Positions 22,401 to 32,322 of a stretch of 62,014 nucleotides of DNA are shown in pieces. A program made the position numbers and the translations under genes. Source of the stretch: Guillardia theta CCMP2712. Its lineage: Eukaryota > Protista > Cryptophyta. The notes under the pieces were generated by a model. The model saw only the letters and a program-made list of their open reading frames with translations, was not told the origin of the DNA and did no database searches. Each line of letters opens with the position of its first letter. Position 1 is the stretch's first letter. The stretch lies in assembly GCF_000315625.1 (NCBI RefSeq), contig NW_005434448.1, positions 1 to 62,014 of the forward strand, given 5' to 3'.

Positions 22401-25100
22401 TTGACAAGTCTCACGGCAGGCGCGCTCACCGGCCTTGACGCCATGCGGGCGTTGGATCTCTCCAGCAACAAACTCGCTGACCTGCCTGCCCAAGCGCTTC
22501 ACAACCTCACCGGCTTGCGCAACCTCTCGCTTGACGATAACCAGCTCACCAGCTTGTCAGCTGGAGTGTTGGAGCCCCTCGCGGGTCTAGAGTACTTGTG
22601 GTTGAGCCACAACAGGCTGGCTGAGGTGCCAGCTGGGCTCGGCTCTCTCGCGAGCCTCCGGTACCTCCTGCTGGACCACAACCCCTTGACGTCGCTCGAC
22701 GTCAGCCTGCTGGACAACAAGCCCGACCTGCGAGCGCTGGGTGTCAACTCCGACGCCTTCAAGGCCCTCTCTGCCCAGAGGCCAAGCGTGCTCGAGACGC
22801 TGCTGGAGCTCTGGCTGTGCAAGTCTGACGACGACCAGGATCAGAGCGCTGCTGGAGAGCTGCTGGACAAGCTGAGTCAGCTGACCGGCTTGTATCTCTT
22901 CGGCTTCGATCAGTCGCTCATCCATGCTGGCATGCTCAGCTCGCTCTCGAGCGTGCGAGTCCTGTGGCTTGAGGACAACCTCCTCGACCAGCTCCCGCCC
23001 GGCACCTTCGACCAGCTGCCGAGCCTGCAGTCTCTCTACCTCATCCACAACGGTCTGACGGCTGTACCGGTCGCTGCTCTCAGCAACCTCAGCGGCTTGA
23101 CGGAGCTGCACATAGTCAACGACGGCATCACGAGAGTGCCAGCAGGAGCCTTCAGGTCCTTGTCAGGGCTGAGGACGTTGGATCTGTCAGGCAATCTGAT
23201 CTCGAGCATCGAAGCAGAAGCCTTTGACAACCTGGACAACGTGCGACAGCTGGACCTCTCTAACAACAGACTCGTCATGCTTGACGTAGCGGAGCTGCGC
23301 GGGCTTGGAAACTCAGATTGGATGTCAATCTATCTCTACGACAACCCCATCGCCTACATATCGGTGCAGAACAACTTCTCGCCTCGTATCATCTACATCC
23401 TAGGCAGTCACAAGCTTTTATGCTACAACCGCATGTGGAAAGCTTTCTACAATGGCCTTGAGGGTTTCATGTACAAACGCTACATGCATGGACAAGTCTT
23501 GCTGCAACAATATGACTATGACTATCTCCCGCTGACGCTACCAGCCTGCCGCGATCAGACGAGCAACGGACCACTACCTGCATCGTCAACCGTCAAGCTA
23601 TCAGCTCCAGTCTCCACCACCCCGCCAGCTCCCCTCATCACTACCCCTCCACCTGCTGTAGACACAACTCCGAGGCCCCTCAGGTCAGACAACTCATCGC
23701 TGGCTCCGAGGACAGTCGCTGCTGTCTCTACTCTCATCGCCTCCTCCACCGCCGTCGCTGCCACCACCATGATCACCAGCGCCATGGTCTCCGCCGCCCT
23801 CCCAGCCGTCTCCTCGGTCAGCGGTACCGCCGCGTCCGCGTCCGTGTCAGCGTCCACGTCAGCATCGACATCGGCTTCGTCGGGGAGGAGCGGGTCGTTG
23901 GCGCTGTCTCTGATCCTTCAGACTCAGTTCATCTCCATCAGTGATCGGATCGCCGGAGGGTCAGGCACGCAGGAGATCGACTCGCTCGCAAGCAAGCTCC
24001 GTTGGTCCAACTACTACTTCTTCCCTCTCTTTCCCAGCTCCCTCAACGACCCCAGGTGCGCCGACGCCATGCGGTCTGACAACGAGCTGCTGTCGACGGT
24101 CGTGGCTTGTGCTGGGGCCCTGGTGGTCACGTCGCTGCTTCGAGTGTCTGTGAGCAAGCTGTACGTGTACTGGAGGGAGGGCAAGCTCTCGGACGAGGTC
24201 TTGACGACTCCGTTTCTAGCTTGGGAGCTGCCGGTGGCCGTCACTCAGGTCCAGGGCTTGTCGCTGTCGGCTGCTCTAGCTACGAGCAGCGGGTGTGTCA
24301 TGTACGTTGTGTTGGGAGCGGTGCTGCTGCTGCTGCTGCTGCTGGAGCTTGCTGCCATGCTCTACTCGGTGGCTCGCGGGCGTGCCTCAGACATCGTGTG
24401 GACCGCCAGGTCTCGTCGAGTCGCGTGGGCTGAGGCCAGGGAGGCGCTGGGGCAGCTGGGGACGAGGCCGTTGACCGAGGTCACTGAGGCGATGAGCGCT
24501 GTCTTGGCGCGGGGGTCGTGGAAGATCGACGAGAGGAGAGACCGGCAGCTGGCGTCATGGCTGTACGTGAAGCGGTTCGGAGCGCTGCTGGAGGAGGTTT
24601 GCCAGCACGCGTGGTGGTATGGGCTGTACTCCATCGCTGTGCGAGTCGTCTACTCCTTGACTGTGTCTCTGCCGATGGTCGACGAGACGAGGACGGGGAT
24701 CATGTCAGGCTTGCTGCTGCTGGACCTCGTCTTGCTCGTCGCCTTCACTCCTCAGCTGGATTGGCTCGCTTGGCTGTCGCAGCTGCTCGCAGCTCTCGGC
24801 AACTTTGGCATCTGCTTGTCCTTCCTGGCGGCCTCGATCTGGACGGTGAAGCCGGAGACCCTCAACCAGACGTTCATCGTCTGCCTACTCGTCTCCATGA
24901 TGCCCATGATATTTCTCAGCTTGTGCAAGGACGCTTACAAAGCTTTCAGCGCCGTCTCGGTCATCTCGAGGAAGCGCAAGCAGATGACGCGCGTGTCGCA
25001 TGAAGACCCTGCTGCAGCAGGGGATGAAGTCAACGATGGGAAGGAGGAAGAGCGAGAGCAGGAGGGGGCTGTGCTGCATGTGATCGTGGGAGAAGGTTAG
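19434..25100 (+). CDS. LRR receptor-like multi-pass membrane protein, 1888 aa, single open reading frame
   Basis: Signal-peptide-like segment, Cys-containing N-cap, 32 near-identical 24-aa typical-class LRRs, then about 18 diverged LRRs, a Thr/Pro/Ser stalk (TTPPAPLITTPPP) and roughly 8 hydrophobic helices at the C-terminus. Confidence 0.9.
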   Translation: MRQPSFETLMHKTPWNVHDDFLLVLLLCTCMMHATPAAALWSRSCGGCTFRVSADGNLTRTGNCTTTCTSVDLSYAGIRRIDEGVFNNTWSLTEIRLSGNKLTSVPATVFAGLASLQYLYLSSNKLTSIPETVFAGLASIRVLILSGNELTSVPETVFAGLASLQYLYLDNNKLTSVPATVFNGLASLQTLYLSSNKLTSVPETVFNGLASLRSLYLDNNELTSVPETVFAGLASLQTLYLYDNELTSIPATVFAGLASLQTLYLSYNKLTSVPETVFDGLASLRSLYLSYNELTSVPETVFDGLASLQYLYLSSNKLTSVPATVFAGLTSLQTLYLSGNELTSVPETVFTGLASLQTLYLSSNKLTSVPETVFNGLASLQTLYLSSNKLTSVPATVFAGLASLQYLYLYDNELTSIPATVFAGLTSLQSLYLSSNKLTSVPETVFDGLASLQTLYLSSNKLTSVPATVFNGLASLQTLYLYDNELTSIPATGFNGLASLQTLYLSSNELTSIPETVFAGLASLQTLYLSGNELTSVPETVFAGLASLQTLYLSGNELTSVPETVFAGLASLQTLYLSSNELTSIPETVFAGLASLQYLYLSSNKLTSVPETVFAGLASLQTLYLSYNELTSVPETVFNGLASLQTLYLSYNKLTSVPATVFAGLASLRSLGLYDNKLTSVPATVFAGLASLRSLSLDFNELTSIPETVFAGLTSLQTLYLYDNELTSVPETVFNGLASLQYLYLDNNKLTSIPETVFAGLASVQTLYLSGNELTSVPETVFNGLASLQYLNVSSNELTSVPETVFDGLASLQTLDLSYNKLTSVPETVFAGLASLRSLYLDNNELTSVPETVFAGLDSLWRLDLHSNRLASLALSLFYDCHDLMELYLNNNLLSGLLPGSLDGLVSLEALYLHSNQLADISSDVFAQLSSLTTLTLHNNRLSSLSPGAFAGLARLTTLSIHHNRLTRLSPGAFQGLSTLATLDLHDNHLTSLTAGALTGLDAMRALDLSSNKLADLPAQALHNLTGLRNLSLDDNQLTSLSAGVLEPLAGLEYLWLSHNRLAEVPAGLGSLASLRYLLLDHNPLTSLDVSLLDNKPDLRALGVNSDAFKALSAQRPSVLETLLELWLCKSDDDQDQSAAGELLDKLSQLTGLYLFGFDQSLIHAGMLSSLSSVRVLWLEDNLLDQLPPGTFDQLPSLQSLYLIHNGLTAVPVAALSNLSGLTELHIVNDGITRVPAGAFRSLSGLRTLDLSGNLISSIEAEAFDNLDNVRQLDLSNNRLVMLDVAELRGLGNSDWMSIYLYDNPIAYISVQNNFSPRIIYILGSHKLLCYNRMWKAFYNGLEGFMYKRYMHGQVLLQQYDYDYLPLTLPACRDQTSNGPLPASSTVKLSAPVSTTPPAPLITTPPPAVDTTPRPLRSDNSSLAPRTVAAVSTLIASSTAVAATTMITSAMVSAALPAVSSVSGTAASASVSASTSASTSASSGRSGSLALSLILQTQFISISDRIAGGSGTQEIDSLASKLRWSNYYFFPLFPSSLNDPRCADAMRSDNELLSTVVACAGALVVTSLLRVSVSKLYVYWREGKLSDEVLTTPFLAWELPVAVTQVQGLSLSAALATSSGCVMYVVLGAVLLLLLLLELAAMLYSVARGRASDIVWTARSRRVAWAEAREALGQLGTRPLTEVTEAMSAVLARGSWKIDERRDRQLASWLYVKRFGALLEEVCQHAWWYGLYSIAVRVVYSLTVSLPMVDETRTGIMSGLLLLDLVLLVAFTPQLDWLAWLSQLLAALGNFGICLSFLAASIWTVKPETLNQTFIVCLLVSMMPMIFLSLCKDAYKAFSAVSVISRKRKQMTRVSHEDPAAAGDEVNDGKEEEREQEGAVLHVIVGEG
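19700..22004 (+). repeat. Coding tandem array, 32 x 72 bp (LRR units)
   Basis: Recurring core aac[a/g]agctgacgagc[g/a]tacctg[a/c]gacggtcttc..cggcct at 72-nt period; 32 units counted in the translation. Confidence 0.97.
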
Positions 25101-25455
25101 TGTCAGCCGCTAACTCACTGATGACGCTAGCTAGACCCATCAGCACAGATTGTACCCAACGGTCAATAAACCAGCTCAGAAGCCAATACCTCCCCGGCTG
25201 ACCTCCGTCTCTAGCTGGGCTCTGACCTGGACGCTTCCAGCTGCTGCTGCAGGCTCGACATGCACATCGACGCTCTCCGTCCCTGCCATGGCAGCAGCAG
25301 GCAGACGCGGTCGCCGGCTGCCCTCCTGCTCTCCTACTCTGAGAGCATCGACTGGGGCTTCTACCTTGCGCTACGTGCTGCTCTCCTACAGCCTTGTTAA
25401 CCCTCGCCTCGTCTGCTTCCTCAGGTCGAGCCTTCGCCCTTGTCAGCTGATGCTA

Positions 25456-25456
<1 letters not shown>
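25020..25456 (+). repeat. Dispersed duplication, copy 1 (last 26 codons of the LRR gene plus 3' flank)
   Basis: Matches the reverse complement of 45629-46066 with scattered substitutions; both copies run into a (GAGCAG)n tract. Confidence 0.93.
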
Positions 25457-25487
<31 letters not shown>

Positions 25488-25527
25488 TAGGAGCAGGAGC
25501 AGGAGCAGCGCGGCAGGACTTCAGGAA

Positions 25528-25576
<49 letters not shown>

Positions 25577-26789
25577 GGCAGGGGCAGGAGAAGGAGAACG
25601 AACAGAAGTAGCAGCGCGACAGGGTCCCAGGAGGAGGAGAAGGAGGACTGCTGCTGCTCCTCCAACAACAACAACAACGAAAGCCTGGGGGTGGGAGACA
25701 AAAACAAGGGTGCTTCGACTAGAGGTCCTTAGAACATCTTGAATCATCTCGTACTCGTTTTGAGTACTAAAGGAAACACTCGGACTCCGAGTTGGCCCGG
25801 GCTTCAGGCTCGTACCGGGCCGGGCCACGCCGGCACAAGTAGTAGCAGCCTGCCAGAGTGAATTGAGATCGATCGGCAATGCTCATCGGCCGGCCCGTCC
25901 GACCGGGACTCAGCGGGCCCGGCCCGGCCGACGGCTCTGTGGCCGAGCGGCGCTGTGCGTTATGACCGTTACGTGTTTTATGTTCAACAACCGTTACATG
26001 ACTCGTTACAAATACTCGTGGCGCGCAGCTGGCGGAAATGAGGGAGGAGAGGAGGGAGGGGAGAGAAGAGGAGAGGAGAGGAGGAGAGGAGGAGAGGGGA
26101 GGGAAGAGGAGAGAAGATAAGAAGAGACGATATGGGAGGAGAAGATTGGGGAGAAGGAGGCGGAGAGGAGAGGGAAGCGAAGAGTGGAGGAGAGTGGAGT
26201 GTGGAGTCAGGAGAGAGATAAATTCAAAGGAGAAGGGTGAAGGAGTGGGGAGAAGAAACAATGGAATATGATGCTGGTGGAGAGCATATTTTGGCAGTGG
26301 CACACATTGAAATGAGTCAGACCAAAGAGGACAGGACCAGCAGTGGAGATTGGAGGTATGATGTTCAACATCTTTTTTGACACGTTGAGAGATTTGAAGG
26401 GAGTTGAATTTAGGTTATGACAGGGAAGCAGAAACTAGGATCATGAGTTGAGGAGACCGATCGAAATTGTTGTTCACTGGCAACAGATGTCTGAGAGGAG
26501 AAGAGATGGATGAAGAGGAGACAGAAGAAGTATTCCCTGATTTTACAAAGAAGTTCATGTCACAGACTCCAACTTTAGACCTCCACCTTTCTATCTGATC
26601 GCTCCGAATATTTGTTGATCGTTGTATGGCAGTGCGGTGGAAAGGAGCTGGAGACAGGCGAAGAATCATCCGCTGGCAGTGAGGGACCGTTCTGCAGGCC
26701 CCGGAGTGCGTCGGAGAGTTTCCCTTGCCCCATCCCTCACCCCCTGCTGCAGGAATCCATTCCGCCTTCTGTCCTGAAAATCTGCAGAA

Positions 26790-28482
26790 ATGCTCCCAAC
26801 CCCTGGACTCTATCGTCATAGAAGCGGATTCATTCCGGATTATCTCAGGAGAGCCATGTCAGGCTGACTTTGTGCAACTGCCGAGCTTCTGACGACGGTG
26901 GTTGCAGAAAATACTCGCAGATGGACCTTGAGAACGCGTCGTGGCAGATGGTCACGTTGTGTATCGACCCGAAGCGCGTCTATAAGCACACGTGCTTCCA
27001 TAAGCGTGAGGAGATAGCGTCTCTTCCTGAACTCTGTTAGTAACCCTGTGGGAGCAGAAACGAAGAACCAGTGGGCAAGGGATGACCCTGGTTTCACGGT
27101 GACTGATCCTCCTTTCTACAGCTGTTGGAGTAGAGCTTGCTGATTGCCGTGAACAGGTCTTGTGTATATTCTTCCTGTTGGTTGCTGCTGTCGCATACAC
27201 CATTGCGTTCCGAGTCACAAACCCTGGAGCCTTCATAAGGCTGGTGAGTGGAAGTTGAATGTGTTCCTCCTCCTCCTCTCACTTGCCCTCCCCTCCCTCA
27301 GGTCCTTGGGGCTGTTTGCTTCGACTTCTTGTTCGTTGGAGCTCTGCTGGCGACTCTTACATGGTGTGGAAGAGGGAGGGAGGGAGGGAAGAGAGGGAAG
27401 GGAGGGAGGGAGGGAGGCTGGGATGGCAGCCCCGGGGGAAAGGGGAGATAGGCGGAAGAGGGCGAGAGTGGAGGGTAGAGAAGGTGAACATGGGGAGGAG
27501 GGGAGGGTGAAGATGAGGAGCGAGGAAATGATTGGATTTTGCAGGGCCATCGCCAACAAGTATTTGAGGGTCAGGACTCTTCACAGTGTGGAGCAGAAGG
27601 TTACGACTGGATTTTTCATCGGCTAAGTAGCAACTAACATGGGACTGCAGGTGGAATGGTTGTATGCTTTCGATATCCATTGCAACGCTTTCTTTCCTCT
27701 GTAATGATCCTCCAAGTTGCTGTACACCTTGACTCACCACTGACCTCGGTTCCAGCTTCCTCATGTTATATGTCTTGCAGTTTTTCCTTCTTCCGATACT
27801 TCTCAGTAACCGACTTTCTTTATCTTCTCCGAGCTGTTCTGACCGAAGGGATGGCAGAAGGAGGATTTTTTGCAACTCTCGTTTCGAATTCTCTCTTCCT
27901 GTTTGCATTTGGGTGCGTGCTTGTCAACGTCTGTTTGCAACAATCTCGCTGATCCTCCTTCAGATATTACCATTACATCACTTTTTTGGGCTATCAAGGT
28001 GTAGAATGTTGATTGTTGTTGAACTTTTTCCTTTGCTCCTATGATTGCTCCTCCTCCTCCTCCTCCTCCTCCTCCTCCTCCTCCTCAAGATCATCGTCAT
28101 CATTGACATTTCTCCTTCATCTTTTTTACTTCTCCTTACTGCTTCCATCCAACAGCACTTCCTTTCTTGGAGAATAGTGTATATTTCCTCTACCCCGTCG
28201 CCCTCCTCCTCGTCGGTGAGTTAATTTTTCTTTCTGCTTACCACCTGCTCCTGCTCCTGCTCTTGCTCCTCCTCGTCTTCCCACTCCTGCTCCTGCTCCT
28301 GCTCCTGCGCCTCTCCTTCTTGTGCTCCTGTTCCTTCCTTCCTTGACTTCCATCTCCTCCCTCTCTCCTCCATTTCTATCTTCCAGCTCTTTCAATAATT
28401 TTTTCTTTCAGGATACATCTTTTCACTCATCCTCAACATCAATTGTACGATGTTTGCATTGGGGTTGTACTTCGGATCATGA
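26790..28482 (+). CDS. UNC50: UNC-50 family Golgi membrane protein; many short exons
   Basis: Spliced reading MLPTPG..DYLRRA|KYSQMDLENASWQM..DPKRVYKHTCFHK|QTKNQWARDDPGF..HSVEQK|VEWLYAFDIHCNAFFP..YYHYITFLGY..LPFL, which are hallmark UNC-50 motifs. Confidence 0.93.
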
Positions 28483-28664
28483 TTCTGAAAATTCAATGAA
28501 GTGGAACAAAACATTTCTCCCCTGTGCCCTCAGTCTCCTTCACATATCTCCCCGCTAACATCGGCAGCAATCCTGTCGACCTCCTCCTCCTCCTCCTCCT
28601 CCTCCTCCTCCTCCTCCTCCTCCTCCTCCTCCTCCTCTCCCCTCGCTCCTGACCGACTGCTGGG

Positions 28665-31394
28665 TCAAGTTGCTCCCTCCAGTCTTGCCAGCATTGCCCG
28701 CGTCCTCTTGGCGTCTAGAGGAGAGAGCGAGGAAAAGACGTGCCGTCGAAGAAGCTGCGAGCTTGACGTTAGCGCAGGAGGCAGATGGAAGTCGACGAGG
28801 ACGGGGGGCGATGGCCATAGCAAAGGATGAAGGAGGGGAGGGAAGGAGGAGGAGATGGAAGGGAGCTGTGGGGAGGAGGGGGAGGGTGAGCAGCAGGAGC
28901 ATGGTGATGGAGGAAGGGGGGAGGGCGGCGGCGGCGGCGGGGGAATCAAATAGGAGCCTAGGAAGAGCGAGGAGGACTGGAAAATGAAAGGGAATAGGTG
29001 AGCGAGGAGGAGGAGGAGGAGGAGGAGGAGCAGGAGTTTTGGGTTTGTACCTCGAGAGATTTTAGTCCGCTGAACTTGCTAGGACCTTCGTCCCTGCTCA
29101 ACCACGCGAGAATCTGAAAGGAGACTGAGGGGCAGAGCAAGATGGGGGTTGGGAAAACGAGGAGCGAGTGGATGGGGAGATTAGAGAAAGGGAAGCAAGA
29201 AGGAAGGGGAGGAGCATGAAAAGGATAGGAAGTAGGAGTAGAAGGAGGGGAAGGAGGAGGAGGAGGAGGGGAAGGTGAAGGAGGGGCGGGGGGGGAGGGC
29301 GATGGTTAGAAGTCAACCAGCATTTCTCGCCACTCTGCCACTTGAGGAGTTTCGAAGGCTTCAAAGTTGAAATTCCAACCTTAAAGAAAATGTTGAGTGG
29401 AAGACGCGGAGAGGGAGGTAGAGGAGGAGGTAAGGTAGAGGAGAAGGTAAGGTAGAGGAGGAGGAGGAGGAGGAGGAGGAGGAGGAGGAGGAGGAGGAGG
29501 AGGAGGAGGAGGAGGAGGAGGAGAGGCGCTGAACGATAGATACGGAGGAAGGGGAAGGTAAGGGAAGAGAGCAAGAGTGATGGCAAGGAGGAGAAAGGAG
29601 AAGAAGAGAGAGGGAAGGGGGCAGGAAGAGGAGGAGGGAGGAGGGAGAGGTAGGGAGATAAGAGCATGGAAGTTATTTTTACCTTGCAGGCATCTTTCCC
29701 ATTGGCGGGGCATACGAGCCAGACGAGTCTGAATGATCGAAGATTCCGATGCTGATGTTAAACCCTGCAAAGCGACAAGATTAGAAACATGTGGTGATAG
29801 GAAGAGAGGAGAAGGAGGGGAGGGGAGGGGAGGAGAGGGGAGGAGAGCATTTGAGAAGGTATGCGATAGTTAGGAAACAAAATTGATAGAACAACATTCA
29901 GGCTGATGGTATCAGAGCAGAGGGACTGGATGATGGAAAGACAGTTTTTCCCCTTCATCACCTGACTTTCCAGCCCATCGTTCATGTCTCTTCTCGTCTT
30001 CAGGGTAGATGAGATCTGATTGCTCAATCACAAACACACTCCAGGAAGTTTACAGCAGACGATGTCGAAGAAGTTGTAGATGACATTCTTCATCCTTGCG
30101 TTTGCAAGGTTGCTGAACCCGAAATGGAGCACCTGGAGACAAATCGCTCGAGTTCCGCAGAACAGGAGGAAAACTTCTACTCACAGCGACCGAGGGCGGG
30201 TGAGTTTTCTGGTCGAATCTTAACTCCCACACCTTGCAAGAAGTAGATTGAGGAGACGAAAGGACAACGTGGCAGTAGCAAACATGTAAGAACCTTTCCG
30301 GGACGCTCGAAGAAAGGTATCCTCTGTGTATGTAAGGGGTCATCACCTGCCTTCCTGCGATATCTTCCGGGAGCATGTCAGAGATGAGGAAGAAGTGAGA
30401 GGAGGAGGAAGTTGATAGTGTGAGGTAGGTGTAAGAGATGGATGATGGTTGAATCATGTGAGAGATGGAAAAAAGTTGGTACGTGTAAAGGGATTGAATT
30501 CTGTTGATGAATATGACGGTGCCAAAAGGCGATACGTCTGATAACAGCAGAAATGATGCTGATTTATGAGATATGGAACAAGGGAAAGATGTGAGGAGTG
30601 TTGAGACAACACCTTGCACGATGCTGGTCAACGAACCCCACGGCCTTGAAGTCTGACTTGTCACTTCGGTACTCCTTGGATGATGAAAACCTGAAGAGAG
30701 GAGTAAGCGGAACAAACTGCATGCCGTCCAATATGCAACAACATGGTGATGTAGTGGAGGACCAATAGATCTCCTGGCTTCAAGTTCAAGAACATGTCTC
30801 TGAACTCCTTCATCTCTCCCATCTTTCCCTCTCCCACGACAACCTGGAGCGCTTGTCAGAACTGTGGTCGTCTCCTCCAACGCCCTGCTGTCTTACAACT
30901 TCATCCGCATCAATGGCAAGGAAGTGAGTTCCTCCGACGCTCCTCCCAAGCTCCTTCCCTACTTGTCAAGCTCCTTCACAACACAAGGTATCATCACCAG
31001 TAGATACGCTCTGTGATCGGCCTCGCTCCCCCAGAACGGCAGGACGACCCCTGATCCCCCATCGGTCCTGCATGTTCTTGATCGCTCCACCCTCTCTATC
31101 CTGCACTCCTCCTCCAGGCTGTACGCGACCTCCGCACTCCCATCGACTGAGCAGTCGTCCAGAACGACGATGGCGTGAACAATCTTGGCAAGAGCTCGCA
31201 GGCAGGACGGCAGCAGGTGAGCCTCGTCTCTGCTCACAACATGAGCGCACGCATTCAACGCACATGCCGCGTGACCTGACGGGGACTAGACCGACCAGTT
31301 TGACAAATTCATCGTCTTTAGCATCGATGCAAACAATGAAGAAGAAGACGAGGAACAGGAAACTAGAAGGCTTCCAAGGTTGTCGGCAAATCAT
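28665..31394 (-). CDS. Glycosyltransferase family 2-like protein with N-terminal signal/anchor; multi-exon
   Basis: LVGLVPVR|DEAHLLPSCLRAL..IVVLDDCSVDGS and GGTHFLAIDADE (DxD, ~30900-30940). Downstream exon boundaries are uncertain. Confidence 0.7.
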
Positions 31395-32087
31395 GCACCT
31401 AATCTCTCACATTCTCCCCTCTTCGCTGTTTCCCCATCACAAACGGACCTGTTGCAAACGTCAAAATCTCTCGAGATTTCGCAAACATCTGCCATGAATG
31501 CGCGTTTTCATTCAAGATATGCCACCTACTCCTCATTTCGCCCTCAAATTTGGTCCCTGTCACTCCTACACATCCCCTCCCCTCCCTTCCCATCCTGTTC
31601 CTCCTCCTCCTCCTCATCGTCGTCGTCGTCTTCGCCCTCGTCATCTCCTCTCCTCTCCTCGGAGGCCTCTGGCTGCTGAGGAGAAACCAGTGAGGGACGA
31701 TGACTTGGCCGAATTAAGTANNNNNNNNNNNNNNNNNNNNNNNNNNNNNNNNNNNNNNNNNNNNNNNNNNNNNNNNNNNNNNNNNNNNNNNNNNNNNNNN
31801 NNNNNNNNNNNNNNNNNNNNNNNNNNNNNNNNNNNNNNNNNNNNNNNNNNNNNNNNNNNNNNNNNNNNNNNNNNNNNNNNNNNNNNNNNNNNNNNNNNNN
31901 NNNNNNNNNNNNNNNNNNNNNNNNNNNNNNNNNNNNNNNNNNNNNNNNNNNNNNNNNNNNNNNNNNNNNNNNNNNNNNNNNNNNNNNNNNNNNNNNNNNN
32001 NNNNNNNNNNNNNNNNNNNNNNNNNNNNNNNNNNNNNNNNNNNNNNNNNNNNNNNNNNNNNNNNNNNNNNNNNNNNNNNNNNNNNNN

Positions 32088-32162
<75 letters not shown>

Positions 32163-32322
32163 ACCTGCTCCTGCTCCTGCTCCTGCTCTTGCTCTTGTTC
32201 ATTCTCATGCTGATCCTTCTTCTCTGCTCCTGATCCTGCTGCTTCTGTCCTTCTGTCTGCCACTCGCCCCATCAGGCTGCACTGACATGGTCGTTGTCGT
32301 CCTGCTGATCTCGCTCCAAGCA

